A DNA stretch of 58,750 bases from Halobacteriaceae archaeon (GTDB lineage Archaea > Halobacteriota > Halobacteria > Halobacteriales > Halobacteriaceae): contig JBDGTS010000005.1 in the NCBI GenBank assembly GCA_042216675.1, positions 1 to 58,750 on the forward strand. The letters run 5' to 3'. Below, piece after piece: positions 28,720 through 38,098 of this stretch. The notes beneath the pieces are model-generated. The model worked only from the letters and a program-made list of their open reading frames with translations. It was not told the DNA's origin and searched no databases. Numbering within the stretch: position 1 is the first letter of the stretch; each line of letters starts with the position of its first letter. A program made the position numbers and the translations under genes.

Positions 28720-30312
28720 TCACTCCGCGACTCGGAACCGGTCGACGTCGCAGTGCCCCGCTGGTGCCGCCCCGTCGGCCCGGACCGCGAACAGCCCGAT
28801 TTTCGCGCCGATCCAGCGCCCCTGCTGGGCCCGAAACGGTGCGCCGACTGCCTCGAACTCGTCGCCCGTCGCGTACGCGAACCGGACGCGTCCACCGTCT
28901 TCGACCGTGGCCCGCAGTTGCGCCGCCGGTCGGTCGAGGGGCACCCGCTCGACGATTTCGTCGGCGTCGCCGTCCGCGGGCGCGGTGTTGCGGGCCCGCA
29001 CCAGTTCGGGGCCGTCGGCGGTTCGCCGGACGCTGAGATGGGCGTACGCCTCGCCCATCACGAGGAGGCCCCCGTGGCCCGCGTCCGCTCCGACGCGGCA
29101 GTCGATCTCCGTCGTCGCCGTGAACGACGGGGCCGGGAACTTCTGGAGGAGGAGATTCGGCACGTCCCAGAGGTTCGCGGCGTCGTCGGGGCGCCGGGGG
29201 AACAGGCGGAGCGCGTCGGGCCGGTCGGTGAGCGAGTGCCAGCCGTACTGTGGATTGCCGTGCCACTGCCACTGGGGGCCGAGGCGCGCGCCCTCGAAGT
29301 CGTCGCCGGTCTGGGGCACCATCTCCGGCAGGTCCTCGGCCGCCACGTCCGGCTTTTCGTGGGTCCGGACCGGCACGCCCGTCCCGTCGCCGTCCTCGTC
29401 GCGGCCGATGACGGGCCACCCGTCGCGCCACGCCATCGGCTGGAGGTGGACGATGCGGCCGTAGGGGTCGGTCTCTTGGAAGTGGACGAACCAGTCCTCG
29501 CCGCGCGGCGTGTCGACCCACGCGCCCTGATGGGGGCCGTTCACGTCGGTGTCGCCCTGTTCGAGGACGACCCGGTCCTCGTAGGGACCGTACACGTCGT
29601 CGGCGCGCAGGACCGTCTGCCACCCGGTGCTGACGCCGCCGGCCGGCGCGAAGATGTAGTAGTCCCCGTTCCGCTCGTACAGCTTCGGCCCCTCGATGGT
29701 CGGGTGGTCGCCGTGGCCGTCGAACACCTCGCGGCTCTCGCCGGTGAGGTGGGTCCCGTCGGCCGCCATCGGCGCGACGTGGAGGACGCTGTTGACCCCG
29801 GCTCGGCTCTTGGCGAAGGCGTGGACGAGGTAGGCGTTCCCGTCGTCGTCCCAGAACGGCGCCGTGTCGATCCAGCCCTCGGCCTCGTGGACGAGGATGG
29901 GGTCCGACCACCGGCCGCGCGGGTCGTCGGTCCTGACGACGTACACGCCCCGGTCCGGGTCGCCGTAGAAGATGAAGAACGTGCCGTCGTGGTAGTTGAA
30001 CGACGGCGCCCAGACGCCGTCGCCGTGTTGTGGCCGGTCGAAGGCGGGCGGCAGTTCGTCGACGGCGTGGTTGATGAGCCGCCAGTTCACGAGGTCCCGG
30101 GAGTGCAGGATGGGGAGCGCCGGGACGCAGTTGAAACTCGACGCCGTCATGAAGAAGTCGTCGCCGACGCGGACCACGTCGGGGTCGGAGTAGTCGGCGT
30201 GGATGACGGGGTTCCGGTACGTGTCGCCGTCGACGTTCGGGTTCCAGACCTGCGCCAGCGCCGGGAGGACCGCCAGCGCGAGCGCCCAGTCCGGAAGGCC
30301 GGGGAGTAGCAT
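28720..30312 (-). CDS. Glycoside hydrolase family 43 (beta-xylosidase/arabinofuranosidase-like)
   Basis: NPVIHADYSDPD (base), WAP, WID, IEGP (acid), PHQG and a C-terminal beta-sandwich ending WIGAKIGLF. Confidence 0.93.
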   Translation of the reverse strand: MLLPGLPDWALALAVLPALAQVWNPNVDGDTYRNPVIHADYSDPDVVRVGDDFFMTASSFNCVPALPILHSRDLVNWRLINHAVDELPPAFDRPQHGDGVWAPSFNYHDGTFFIFYGDPDRGVYVVRTDDPRGRWSDPILVHEAEGWIDTAPFWDDDGNAYLVHAFAKSRAGVNSVLHVAPMAADGTHLTGESREVFDGHGDHPTIEGPKLYERNGDYYIFAPAGGVSTGWQTVLRADDVYGPYEDRVVLEQGDTDVNGPHQGAWVDTPRGEDWFVHFQETDPYGRIVHLQPMAWRDGWPVIGRDEDGDGTGVPVRTHEKPDVAAEDLPEMVPQTGDDFEGARLGPQWQWHGNPQYGWHSLTDRPDALRLFPRRPDDAANLWDVPNLLLQKFPAPSFTATTEIDCRVGADAGHGGLLVMGEAYAHLSVRRTADGPELVRARNTAPADGDADEIVERVPLDRPAAQLRATVEDGGRVRFAYATGDEFEAVGAPFRAQQGRWIGAKIGLFAVRADGAAPAGHCDVDRFRVAE

Positions 30313-30350
30313 ACCCCCGACTCACTTGACGAGGGCAAAAGCGTTTGGCG

Positions 30351-30746
30351 TCAGTCCGTGCCGGAGTCCCCCTCGCTCAGCGCGTCGACTGGCGGGGGCT
30401 GGGTCGAGAGGTGCGTGTCGCGGAACCCGCCGGACGACTTCAGCCCGTAGCCCAGCGCCCGGTCCGCGCCGATGTGCCCGACCCAGACGAGGGCGACGAG
30501 AAGCGGGAGGCGTGCGTCGGTCCAGAGGCCGGCCGCGCCGAGCGCGAGCGGCCCGGTGTAGGTGTGGACGGCGTTGTAGCCGAGACTCCCGACGCGCGGG
30601 CCGGCGGCGTATGCCGCCATCGAGAGGTCCGGTGCGAGCGCGAGGACGGCGAGGAGCCACAGCGGACCGTCGAGGACGAGATAGGTCCCGAGCGCGAGTG
30701 CGAACGCAGTGACGCCTTCGATGCGGAGTAGGGATGTGGGGTTCAC
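30351..30746 (-). CDS. DUF4260-family membrane protein
   Basis: LLRIEG, LAPDLSM, YNAVHTY, HIGADRALGYGLK, FRDTHL; start estimated at GTG 30746. Confidence 0.88.
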   Translation of the reverse strand: MNPTSLLRIEGVTAFALALGTYLVLDGPLWLLAVLALAPDLSMAAYAAGPRVGSLGYNAVHTYTGPLALGAAGLWTDARLPLLVALVWVGHIGADRALGYGLKSSGGFRDTHLSTQPPPVDALSEGDSGTD

Positions 30747-30830
30747 GAGAGATGTACGTCTCACGGGTGCTTAAGCGTGCGTCCCGCCCCGAACAACGAA
30801 CTTTTGGCCGGCCCCCTCGAAGCCAAGGGC

Positions 30831-31706
30831 ATGACCAGCGCCGAGGCCGAGGCGAAGATGGCCGCCCTCCGCGACGACCTCGCCGACCGGGATGGGGTCC
30901 TCGTGGCGTTCTCGGGCGGCGTCGACTCCGCCGTCGTCGCCGCGGCGGCCCACGACGCCCTCGGGGACGACGCGGTGGCCTGTACGGCCAAGAGCGAGAC
31001 GCTCCCGGACGCCGAACTCGACGACGCCCGCGAGGTGGCCGCCGAAATCGGCATCCGCCACGAAGTCGTGGAGTTCAGCGAACTCGACGACCCGAACTTC
31101 GTCGCCAACGACGGCGACCGGTGTTACCACTGCCGCACGATGCGACTCGGGAAGATGTTCGACGCCGCCGAGCGACTGGACATTCCGGTCGTCTGCGACG
31201 GCACGAACGCCTCCGACGCCGGCGAGGGCCACCGCCCCGGCCTGCAGGCCGTGGACGAACTCGACGCCTACTCGCCGCTCCTCGAAAACGACGTGTCGAA
31301 GGCGGAGGTCCGCGCCATCGCCGACGCCTACGGCCTCTCCGTCGCGGACAAGCCCTCGATGGCCTGTCTCTCCTCGCGTATCCCGACCGGCCTCGAAGTG
31401 ACCGAGGAACGCCTGAACCGCGTGGAGAAGGCCGAACGCCTCCTCCGGACGTGGGGGTTCGACCAGTTCCGCGTCCGCGACCACGACGGCCTCGCGCGCA
31501 TCGAGGTGTCGCCCGACGAACTCGACGCCGCCCTCGACCCCGCCTTCGCCGAGGCCGCCCGGGACCACCTCTCTGATTTGGGCTTCGAGCACGTCACCCT
31601 CGACCTCCACGGCTACGAGACGGGGAGCGTCAGCCCCGAGGGCGAGGCGGAGGACGACGAACCGGTCGTCGCCAGCGTCTTCGACGCCGACTACCCCTCG
31701 GAGTGA
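30831..31706 (+). CDS. larE: LarE-like PP-loop sulfur transferase
   Basis: AFSGGVDS PP-loop, RCYHC, DGTN, RPG, ACLSSR, RVRDH. Confidence 0.9.
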   Translation: MTSAEAEAKMAALRDDLADRDGVLVAFSGGVDSAVVAAAAHDALGDDAVACTAKSETLPDAELDDAREVAAEIGIRHEVVEFSELDDPNFVANDGDRCYHCRTMRLGKMFDAAERLDIPVVCDGTNASDAGEGHRPGLQAVDELDAYSPLLENDVSKAEVRAIADAYGLSVADKPSMACLSSRIPTGLEVTEERLNRVEKAERLLRTWGFDQFRVRDHDGLARIEVSPDELDAALDPAFAEAARDHLSDLGFEHVTLDLHGYETGSVSPEGEAEDDEPVVASVFDADYPSE

Positions 31707-32128
31707 TGTTCTCGCCGGCCGAGCGCGCCTTCGTCGAGGGCGCGCGGGTCGCCCGCCTCGCCACCGCCGACGGCGAGGGGCGCCCCCACGCCGTGCCGGT
31801 CTGTTTCGCGTTCGTCGACGAGCGCATCGTCTCGCCCGTCGACGAGAAACCCAAAGCCGCCGCGCCGGACTCGCTCCGCCGCGTTCGCGACGTGCGCGAG
31901 AACCCGCGGGTGTCGCTCGTCGTCGACCGCTACGCCGAGGACTGGGCCGAACTCGGCTGGGTGCAGGTGCGGGGAACCGCCGCCGTCGTGAACCCGGACG
32001 AGTCGGCCCACGGCACGGCGGTGTCGGCGCTCCGCGAGAAGTACGACCAGTACGCAGACCACGCCCTCGACGCGCGGCCGCTCCTCCGCATCGACCCCGG
32101 CCACGTCGTCTCGTGGGGACGCCTCTAA
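31706..32128 (+). CDS. PPOX-class probable F420-dependent oxidoreductase
   Basis: ARLATAD, PHAVPVCF, VDEKPK, NPRVSLVVDRY.EDW, LREKY.QY. Confidence 0.88.
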   Translation: MFSPAERAFVEGARVARLATADGEGRPHAVPVCFAFVDERIVSPVDEKPKAAAPDSLRRVRDVRENPRVSLVVDRYAEDWAELGWVQVRGTAAVVNPDESAHGTAVSALREKYDQYADHALDARPLLRIDPGHVVSWGRL

Positions 32129-33363
32129 GCCCGCGCGAGGCGCTCGCGACCCCGCCTAGTCCACTTCGCCAACTGGAGTGTGCCCTCGAACAGCCCGATC
32201 ATCGTCGCGGTGAGGATGAACGGTGCCATCCCCGTCGGGTCCGGGCTGAACAGCATCGAGACGCCGAGGAAACTCCCCCAGAAGAGGAGGCGGCGCTGTG
32301 CCAACCACTCTCTGGTCACCAGTCCCATCATCAGCGCGAGCATGATGAACAGCGGAATCTGGAAGATGATGGCGAGCGCTCCCAACAGGACCAGAATCAA
32401 ATCGAAGGTGCGCCCGAGAGCGAACGCGATGGCGGCCACGTCCTTCGAGTAGGAGTAGAAGTACGTGAAAATCGTCGGCAGCATCACGAAGTAGCCGAAG
32501 ACGAGACCGACGAACGCGAGGACGAGGCTGGTCGGGACGGCCGCGAGGTAGTAGCGCCGCTCGTGGGGGTAGAGCCCGGGGCGCATGAACCGGTAGCTCT
32601 GGTACACCAGCACTGGCAGCGCCACGACGACGCCCGCGAGACTCGCCACCTTGATCTGGGTGATGACGAGTTCGAGTGGGCTGTAGAGGCGAGGGCGCGT
32701 CTCGACGCCGGGGAGTGAGGACTCCCAGAGCAGATTGATTATCTCCTCGCCGAAGGGGAACGCGGCGACGCTCACCACGGAGACGACGACCATCACGACG
32801 AGCGTTCGCTGGAGCAGCTCCTCGATGTGGGCGGTGAGCGGCAGTTCCTGGTCCTCGCGCGGCCCCCCACCCGAGTCGCCGTCGTCCGCCGGTTGCGCGA
32901 GGTCGTGGTCCGGGTCGCCGGTCACGGTGTCGGCGCTGTCGAAGTCTGCGTTTGCGCCGCCACTTGCCTCCCCGTCGTCGTTCTCGCCCCCGGCGCCGGC
33001 ACGCCCGTCACCGGCGTACTCCGCCTCGACGGCGTCGTCGAGGGGATGCTCCGGGAACAGGTTCGGCCCGTCGTCTTCGGACTCGGCGTCGTCGGCGTCG
33101 GAATCAGCGTCGTCGCTCTCTCCTTCGGGCGCGCCTTCTTCCGCGTCGTCGGTCGCGTCGTTCTCGCCGGGCGCGTCATCCTCGTCGCCGTCGTCGTCGG
33201 CCTTCGCTTCGGGCGCATCGGCGTCCTCAGCATCGTCGTCGGAAGCCGACGACGCGGTGCCGTCGGGCGTTTCGGGCTCGGGGACGTCGTCGCCGTCGCG
33301 CCCGGCGGCGTCGTCGCTGTCGCCGTTCGCTTCGGGCGTACCGGTCTCGTCCCCGTCGCCCAT
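32125..33363 (-). CDS. tatC: Twin-arginine translocase TatC (single unit, long acidic N-terminus)
   Basis: PLTAHIEEL, FMRPGLYPHERR, FQIP, SPDPTG; six TM helices. Confidence 0.93.
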   Translation of the reverse strand: MGDGDETGTPEANGDSDDAAGRDGDDVPEPETPDGTASSASDDDAEDADAPEAKADDDGDEDDAPGENDATDDAEEGAPEGESDDADSDADDAESEDDGPNLFPEHPLDDAVEAEYAGDGRAGAGGENDDGEASGGANADFDSADTVTGDPDHDLAQPADDGDSGGGPREDQELPLTAHIEELLQRTLVVMVVVSVVSVAAFPFGEEIINLLWESSLPGVETRPRLYSPLELVITQIKVASLAGVVVALPVLVYQSYRFMRPGLYPHERRYYLAAVPTSLVLAFVGLVFGYFVMLPTIFTYFYSYSKDVAAIAFALGRTFDLILVLLGALAIIFQIPLFIMLALMMGLVTREWLAQRRLLFWGSFLGVSMLFSPDPTGMAPFILTATMIGLFEGTLQLAKWTRRGRERLARA

Positions 33364-33458
33364 CTCGCTGTCGGATAACCGAGACGCGATTATAGGCCTT
33401 TTGACCCCGCGCCCCGGTGAGAAGATTGATAACCGCGAAACCGACTACATCCGTGAAG

Positions 33459-35543
33459 ATGGACGAGGACGCGGCCCGTGCGTTCCAGAGCGGGCGGGAA
33501 ACCGCCGGTGCCTTTCTCTCGACGCTCCAGTCACACCTTCAGCACGTGTTCATCGCGTTCGTCGTGGGGCTGTTGGGGGGCATCCTCGCGATGCGCCTCT
33601 TCGTCTGGCCCACGCTGGAGGCGGACCTCCGCATGGAGGGCGTCCGCATCATCACGCAGACTCCCTTCGACGTCATCCTCCTGCAGGTGAAAATCGGGCT
33701 GATAATCGGTGCGCTCGTCGCCGTGCCCGTGTTGCTGTTCTCCGCCCGCGAGGAACTGGGCAAGCGCGGCCTCATCAACAACATCCCCGTCGCCCGCTGG
33801 AAGGTGGTGGGGGTCGTCGTCGCCGCCATCGGCCTGTTCCTCCTCGGTGCGCTGTACGCCTACTACCTCTTCTTCCCGATAATGTTCGACTTCCTCGCCA
33901 ACAACGCCCAGCAGGCGGGGCTGGCGCCGCACTACTCTATCGTCTACTGGACCCAGTTCATCCTCGTGTTGGGCATCTCCTTCGGCCTCGCGGCTCAACT
34001 TCCGCTCGTGATGTCGGCGCTCGCGTACAGCGGCGTCGTCCCCTACGAGGTGTTCCGCGACAACTGGAAGTACGCCGTCGTCATCATTTTCGTCTTCGGC
34101 GGCGTCGCGTCCCCGCCCGACCCGTTCACGCAACTGCTCTGGGGCCTGCCGCTGGTGAGTCTCTACGGCATCAGCCTCTACATCACGAAAGTCATCGTGA
34201 CGATGAAGCGCGGCGGCGCCGACGTGAGCCCTCGCGGACTGGCGCGCCGCCACTGGAACCACGCCCTCGGCGCGGCCGTCCTCGGCAGTCTCGCCGGCTA
34301 CGCCTTCGCCGTCACGGGCGGCCTCACCGCCGTCGACGACGGCCTTCGGGCCATCGGCTCCGCCTATCGCTTCGGCGGCACAGAGCCGTGGGCCGTCGCC
34401 GCGTTCGTCGGCGTCCTCGCGTTCGTGTTCACGGTCCTCGTCGTCGTGTATCGGGCCGTCGCCGTCGCGTCGAAGGCCCAGCGCTCGGGCCGCCCCGGTG
34501 CTATCGACCTGCGCGAACTCGACGAGGCGGGCGTCCGCGCGGCGCCCGACGAGGCGTTCGCCGACCTCTCGGAGGACGAGGCGCTCGCCATCGCCAACGA
34601 CGCCCTCGAAGCGGGTGACGAGGAGAAGGCGGGCGCGGTCCTCGACCGGTTCGACGAGGTGGAAGCCAAGGCCGAGGCGGAAGCCGAGGGCGAGGGTGAG
34701 GGCGAGGCCGAGGAGGGCGGCGTCGTCTCGCAGACGGCCGCCGGCGTCGCCGACGCCTTCACCGACGAGGAGACGACGGAGGAGGACATCGGCGGCTACT
34801 ACTACGACCTGCGCTTCGTCCTCGACAGCGTCCGGTCGAGCCTGTTCCGCATCTTCGCCGTCTTCCTCTTCACGATGGGGGCCTCCTTCTACTGGCTCTA
34901 CTCCGGCGGCATCGGCACCATCCGGCGGGACTTCCTCGCCCGCCTGCCCGAGGGCGTCCGCACCCAGAGCCCCCTCGAAATCATCACGCTCCACCCCGTG
35001 GAGGCGCTGGTGTTCGAGGTGAAGGTGAGCGTCCTGTTCGGGGCCGTCGTCGCCCTGCCGATGGTCGTCTACGCCGCCTTCCCGGCGCTGAAGGACCGCG
35101 GCGTCGCCGGCGGCAGTCGCCGCACCGTCGCCGTCTGGGGCGTCGCCACGCTCCTCGGCCTGTTCGGGGGCCTCGCGCTCGGTTACGCCTACGTCGCGCC
35201 CTCCATCATCTCGTGGCTGGTGTGGGACGCCCACCTCGCGGACATGGTCATCACCTACCGCGTGAAGTCGTTCTTCTGGCTCGTCATCCTCACGACGGCG
35301 GGCATCGGCTTCCTCGCGGACGTCCCCATCTCGATGCTCCTGTTCCACCGCGGGGGAATCGTGCGCTATCCGGCGATGCGCCGACGCTGGCGGGAGTTCG
35401 CCATCGGCACGTTCGCGTTCGCCGCCGTGTTCACGCCGGACAGCCTCTACACGATGTTCGTCATCGCCGTCCCCGTCGTGGCCGCGTACTTCATCGGCCT
35501 CGGCGTCCTGTGGCTGGTGACCCTCGGCGGGCGTCGGGCGTGA
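33459..35543 (+). CDS. tatC: Twin-arginine translocase TatC, tandem-duplicated form
   Basis: Two TatC units (TPFDVILLQVK...SPPDPFTQ and LHPVEALVFEVK...FTPD) joined by an acidic linker. Confidence 0.92.
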   Translation: MDEDAARAFQSGRETAGAFLSTLQSHLQHVFIAFVVGLLGGILAMRLFVWPTLEADLRMEGVRIITQTPFDVILLQVKIGLIIGALVAVPVLLFSAREELGKRGLINNIPVARWKVVGVVVAAIGLFLLGALYAYYLFFPIMFDFLANNAQQAGLAPHYSIVYWTQFILVLGISFGLAAQLPLVMSALAYSGVVPYEVFRDNWKYAVVIIFVFGGVASPPDPFTQLLWGLPLVSLYGISLYITKVIVTMKRGGADVSPRGLARRHWNHALGAAVLGSLAGYAFAVTGGLTAVDDGLRAIGSAYRFGGTEPWAVAAFVGVLAFVFTVLVVVYRAVAVASKAQRSGRPGAIDLRELDEAGVRAAPDEAFADLSEDEALAIANDALEAGDEEKAGAVLDRFDEVEAKAEAEAEGEGEGEAEEGGVVSQTAAGVADAFTDEETTEEDIGGYYYDLRFVLDSVRSSLFRIFAVFLFTMGASFYWLYSGGIGTIRRDFLARLPEGVRTQSPLEIITLHPVEALVFEVKVSVLFGAVVALPMVVYAAFPALKDRGVAGGSRRTVAVWGVATLLGLFGGLALGYAYVAPSIISWLVWDAHLADMVITYRVKSFFWLVILTTAGIGFLADVPISMLLFHRGGIVRYPAMRRRWREFAIGTFAFAAVFTPDSLYTMFVIAVPVVAAYFIGLGVLWLVTLGGRRA

Positions 35544-35580
35544 CCGCCACGGCTTAGTATTCGCTCGGGAATATCCCAGT

Positions 35581-35757
35581 ATGAGCAAGATAAGCGTGGA
35601 GGTGCCCGACGAGCTGTTGGCGGACCTCGACGCACACGTCGGGCAGGACGGAAAGTTCGTGAACCGGAGCGAGGCGATTCGCGCCTGCATCCGCAAGACG
35701 CTGGACCAACTCGACGACATCGACGCTCGCCACGGGCGCATCGACGATGAGAGCTGA
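35581..35757 (+). CDS. Ribbon-helix-helix (CopG/NikR-like) protein
   Basis: Manual translation MSKISVEVPDELLADLDAHVGQDGKFVNRSEAIRACIRKTLDQLDDIDARHGRIDDES (58 aa); not in the ORF track. Confidence 0.85.
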   Translation: MSKISVEVPDELLADLDAHVGQDGKFVNRSEAIRACIRKTLDQLDDIDARHGRIDDES

Positions 35758-36442
35758 GTCGCCCCTGCCCGTGGGGTCGGTGGCGCTCGTCGCCCTGTTC
35801 GTCACCGCGCTCGTGACGGCGCAACTCACCGCGTCGAAACTGCTGCTCTTCGAGTTGCCAGTCTCGCTCCCCGTGACCGGGGCGTCGCTCGTCATGCCGG
35901 GTGCGGCACTGGCGTACGCGCTCACCTTCTTCGCGTCGGACTGCTACTCGGAACTGTACGGTCGGCGGGCCGCCCAGACGCTCGTGAACGTCGGCTTCGT
36001 GATGACGCTCGTGATGCTGGCGCTGGTCTACACCACCATCGAAGCGCCCATCGCCCCGTTCTCGGAGATCGGGCAGGCTGAGTTCAGCCGCGTCCTCTGG
36101 TCGAGTGCCAACATCGTCGCCGGCAGTCTGCTCGCGTACCTCGTCAGTCAGAACTGGGACGTGGTGGCGTTCCACGCCATCCGGCGGCGCACCGGCGAGG
36201 CGCACCTCTGGCTCCGCAACATCGCGTCGACGGCGACCAGTCAGGCCATCGACACCGTCATCTTCGTCACCGTCGCGTTCTCGGTCGCCCCGGCGCTGTT
36301 CGGCGTCGGGACTGCCTACGGCGTCGATCAGATACTGTCGCTCATCGTCGGCCAGTACGTCCTCAAACTCGGCATCGCGGTCCTCGACACGCCGTTCGTG
36401 TACGGCCTGACGCGGCTGTTCGGGACCTCCGAGGCCCGCTAA
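35747..36442 (+). CDS. Queuosine-precursor transporter family protein (YhhQ/Vut_1)
   Basis: TASK, SDCYSELYG, GSLLAYLVSQNWDV, WLRNIAST..SQAIDT, DTPFVY. Confidence 0.9.
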   Translation: MRAESPLPVGSVALVALFVTALVTAQLTASKLLLFELPVSLPVTGASLVMPGAALAYALTFFASDCYSELYGRRAAQTLVNVGFVMTLVMLALVYTTIEAPIAPFSEIGQAEFSRVLWSSANIVAGSLLAYLVSQNWDVVAFHAIRRRTGEAHLWLRNIASTATSQAIDTVIFVTVAFSVAPALFGVGTAYGVDQILSLIVGQYVLKLGIAVLDTPFVYGLTRLFGTSEAR

Positions 36443-37197
36443 TCGCGGCGCTCGGTGAAGCCAAAGCGCGGCTTCACGTCCTCGACGCGCACGTCCACTT
36501 CGTCGCCGGGGTCGGCGTCGGGCACGAACAGCGTGTAGCCCTCGACGTAGGCGATGCCGTCGCCCTCCTCGCCCTCGCGTTCGACGTCGACGGTGAGTTC
36601 GTCGCCGGCGCGGACCGGCGCCGTGAGATACCCCTTGGCGACGAGGTACAGTTCGGAGGACGCGTCGCGGGACGCCTCGGGGCGCACCTCGCGGACGTAC
36701 TCGAACGTCTCCTCTAAGTCCTCCCGAAGGGCGGCGACGTCCTGTCCGTCGAACACCTTCGCGGCGAAGTCGCCGCCGGCCTCCAGTAGTTCCTCGGCCG
36801 TCTCGAAGGCCTGCCGCGCGAGGTGGACCGAGCGCGCGTGGTCCACGTTGTACTCGCCGGTCATGTTCGGTGCCATGTCCGAGAGCACCGTGTCCGCCGC
36901 GCCGACGGCGTCGCGGATGCGCTCGCGGGTCGCCTCGTCGGTGATGTCGCCGCGAATCGTCTCGACGCCGTCGATGGCCTCGATGCGCTGGCGGTCCACG
37001 CCGACGACGCGCCCGCCCTCGCCGACTCGCTCGGCGGCGACCTGAAGCCACCCGCCGGGGGCGGCCCCGAGGTCCACCACCGTCGCGCCGTCGCTCAACA
37101 GGTCGGCCGTCTCGTCCAGTTGCTGAAGCTTGTAGGCCGAGCGGGCGCGGTACCCTTCCTGCTTCGCTCGGTTGTAGAAGTCGTCTTTCCCACTCAT
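36439..37197 (-). CDS. rlmE: 23S rRNA 2'-O-methyltransferase RlmE with a C-terminal TRAM domain
   Basis: YRARSAYKL, DLGAAPGGW, SDMAP, SSELY, then GEEGDGIAYVEG. Confidence 0.95.
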   Translation of the reverse strand: MSGKDDFYNRAKQEGYRARSAYKLQQLDETADLLSDGATVVDLGAAPGGWLQVAAERVGEGGRVVGVDRQRIEAIDGVETIRGDITDEATRERIRDAVGAADTVLSDMAPNMTGEYNVDHARSVHLARQAFETAEELLEAGGDFAAKVFDGQDVAALREDLEETFEYVREVRPEASRDASSELYLVAKGYLTAPVRAGDELTVDVEREGEEGDGIAYVEGYTLFVPDADPGDEVDVRVEDVKPRFGFTERRD

Positions 37198-37313
37198 GGC
37201 GGTCAGAAGGGGACCCACGCGAAAACGGCTTTCGCTGTCGCCCTCGCGCGCGTCGCGCGCGCGAACCCGATTCACCGACGTTTTTATAGGGTGGGGGAGT
37301 AAGTCGGAGCAAG

Positions 37314-38057
37314 ATGTTCAAGGCGATTGTGAGCGCGGACACGCTCCAGGACGCCCTCGACTCCGTCAGCGTTCTCGTTGACGAATGCAAGATCAATCTC
37401 GACGAGGAGGGCCTCGCCATCCGGGCGGTCGACCCCGCCAACGTCGGGATGGTGGATCTGGAACTGTCCGCGGACGCGTTCGAGTCCTACGAGTCCGACG
37501 GCGGCCTCATCGGCGTCAACCTCTCCCGACTGGAGAGCATCGCCGGCATGGCCGACGCCGGACAACTCGTGGACCTCGAACTCGACGAGGAGACGCGCAA
37601 GCTCCACATCCGCATCGACGGGCTGGAGTACACGCTGGCGCTCATCGACCCCGACTCCATCCGCGACGAGGCCGACCTGCCGGACCTCGACCTCCCGGCG
37701 GAGTTCGTCATCGAGGGCGCCGACATCGACCGCTCGGTCACCGCCGCCGACATGGTGTCCGACCACATCGCACTCGGCGTCGACGCCGACGCCGAGCAGT
37801 TCTACGTCGAGGCCGAGGGCGACACCGACGACGTCCACCTCACGCTGGGCCGCGACGACCTCATCTCCCTCTCCGCGGGCGACGCACACTCCCTGTTCTC
37901 GCTCGACTACCTCAAGGACATGAACAAGGCCATCCCGAAGGACGCCGAGGTGACTGTCGAACTCGGCGAGGAGTTCCCGGTCAAGATGCACTTCGAGTTC
38001 GCCGAGGGGCACGGCCACGTCACCTACATGCTCGCGCCGCGCATCCAGAGCGACTGA
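37314..38057 (+). CDS. pcn: DNA polymerase sliding clamp PCNA
   Basis: [31 protein letters not shown]; TTTTTATA box at about 37280. Confidence 0.98.
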   Translation: MFKAIVSADTLQDALDSVSVLVDECKINLDEEGLAIRAVDPANVGMVDLELSADAFESYESDGGLIGVNLSRLESIAGMADAGQLVDLELDEETRKLHIRIDGLEYTLALIDPDSIRDEADLPDLDLPAEFVIEGADIDRSVTAADMVSDHIALGVDADAEQFYVEAEGDTDDVHLTLGRDDLISLSAGDAHSLFSLDYLKDMNKAIPKDAEVTVELGEEFPVKMHFEFAEGHGHVTYMLAPRIQSD

Positions 38058-38098
38058 ACGCGGAAAACCCTTTGAGGCCCCGCGGAGACTGACCGCTA

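Noticed and set aside
32125-35543. Two tatC genes (and two RFC small subunits) as novel duplications
   Set aside because: Both are established features of haloarchaeal genomes.
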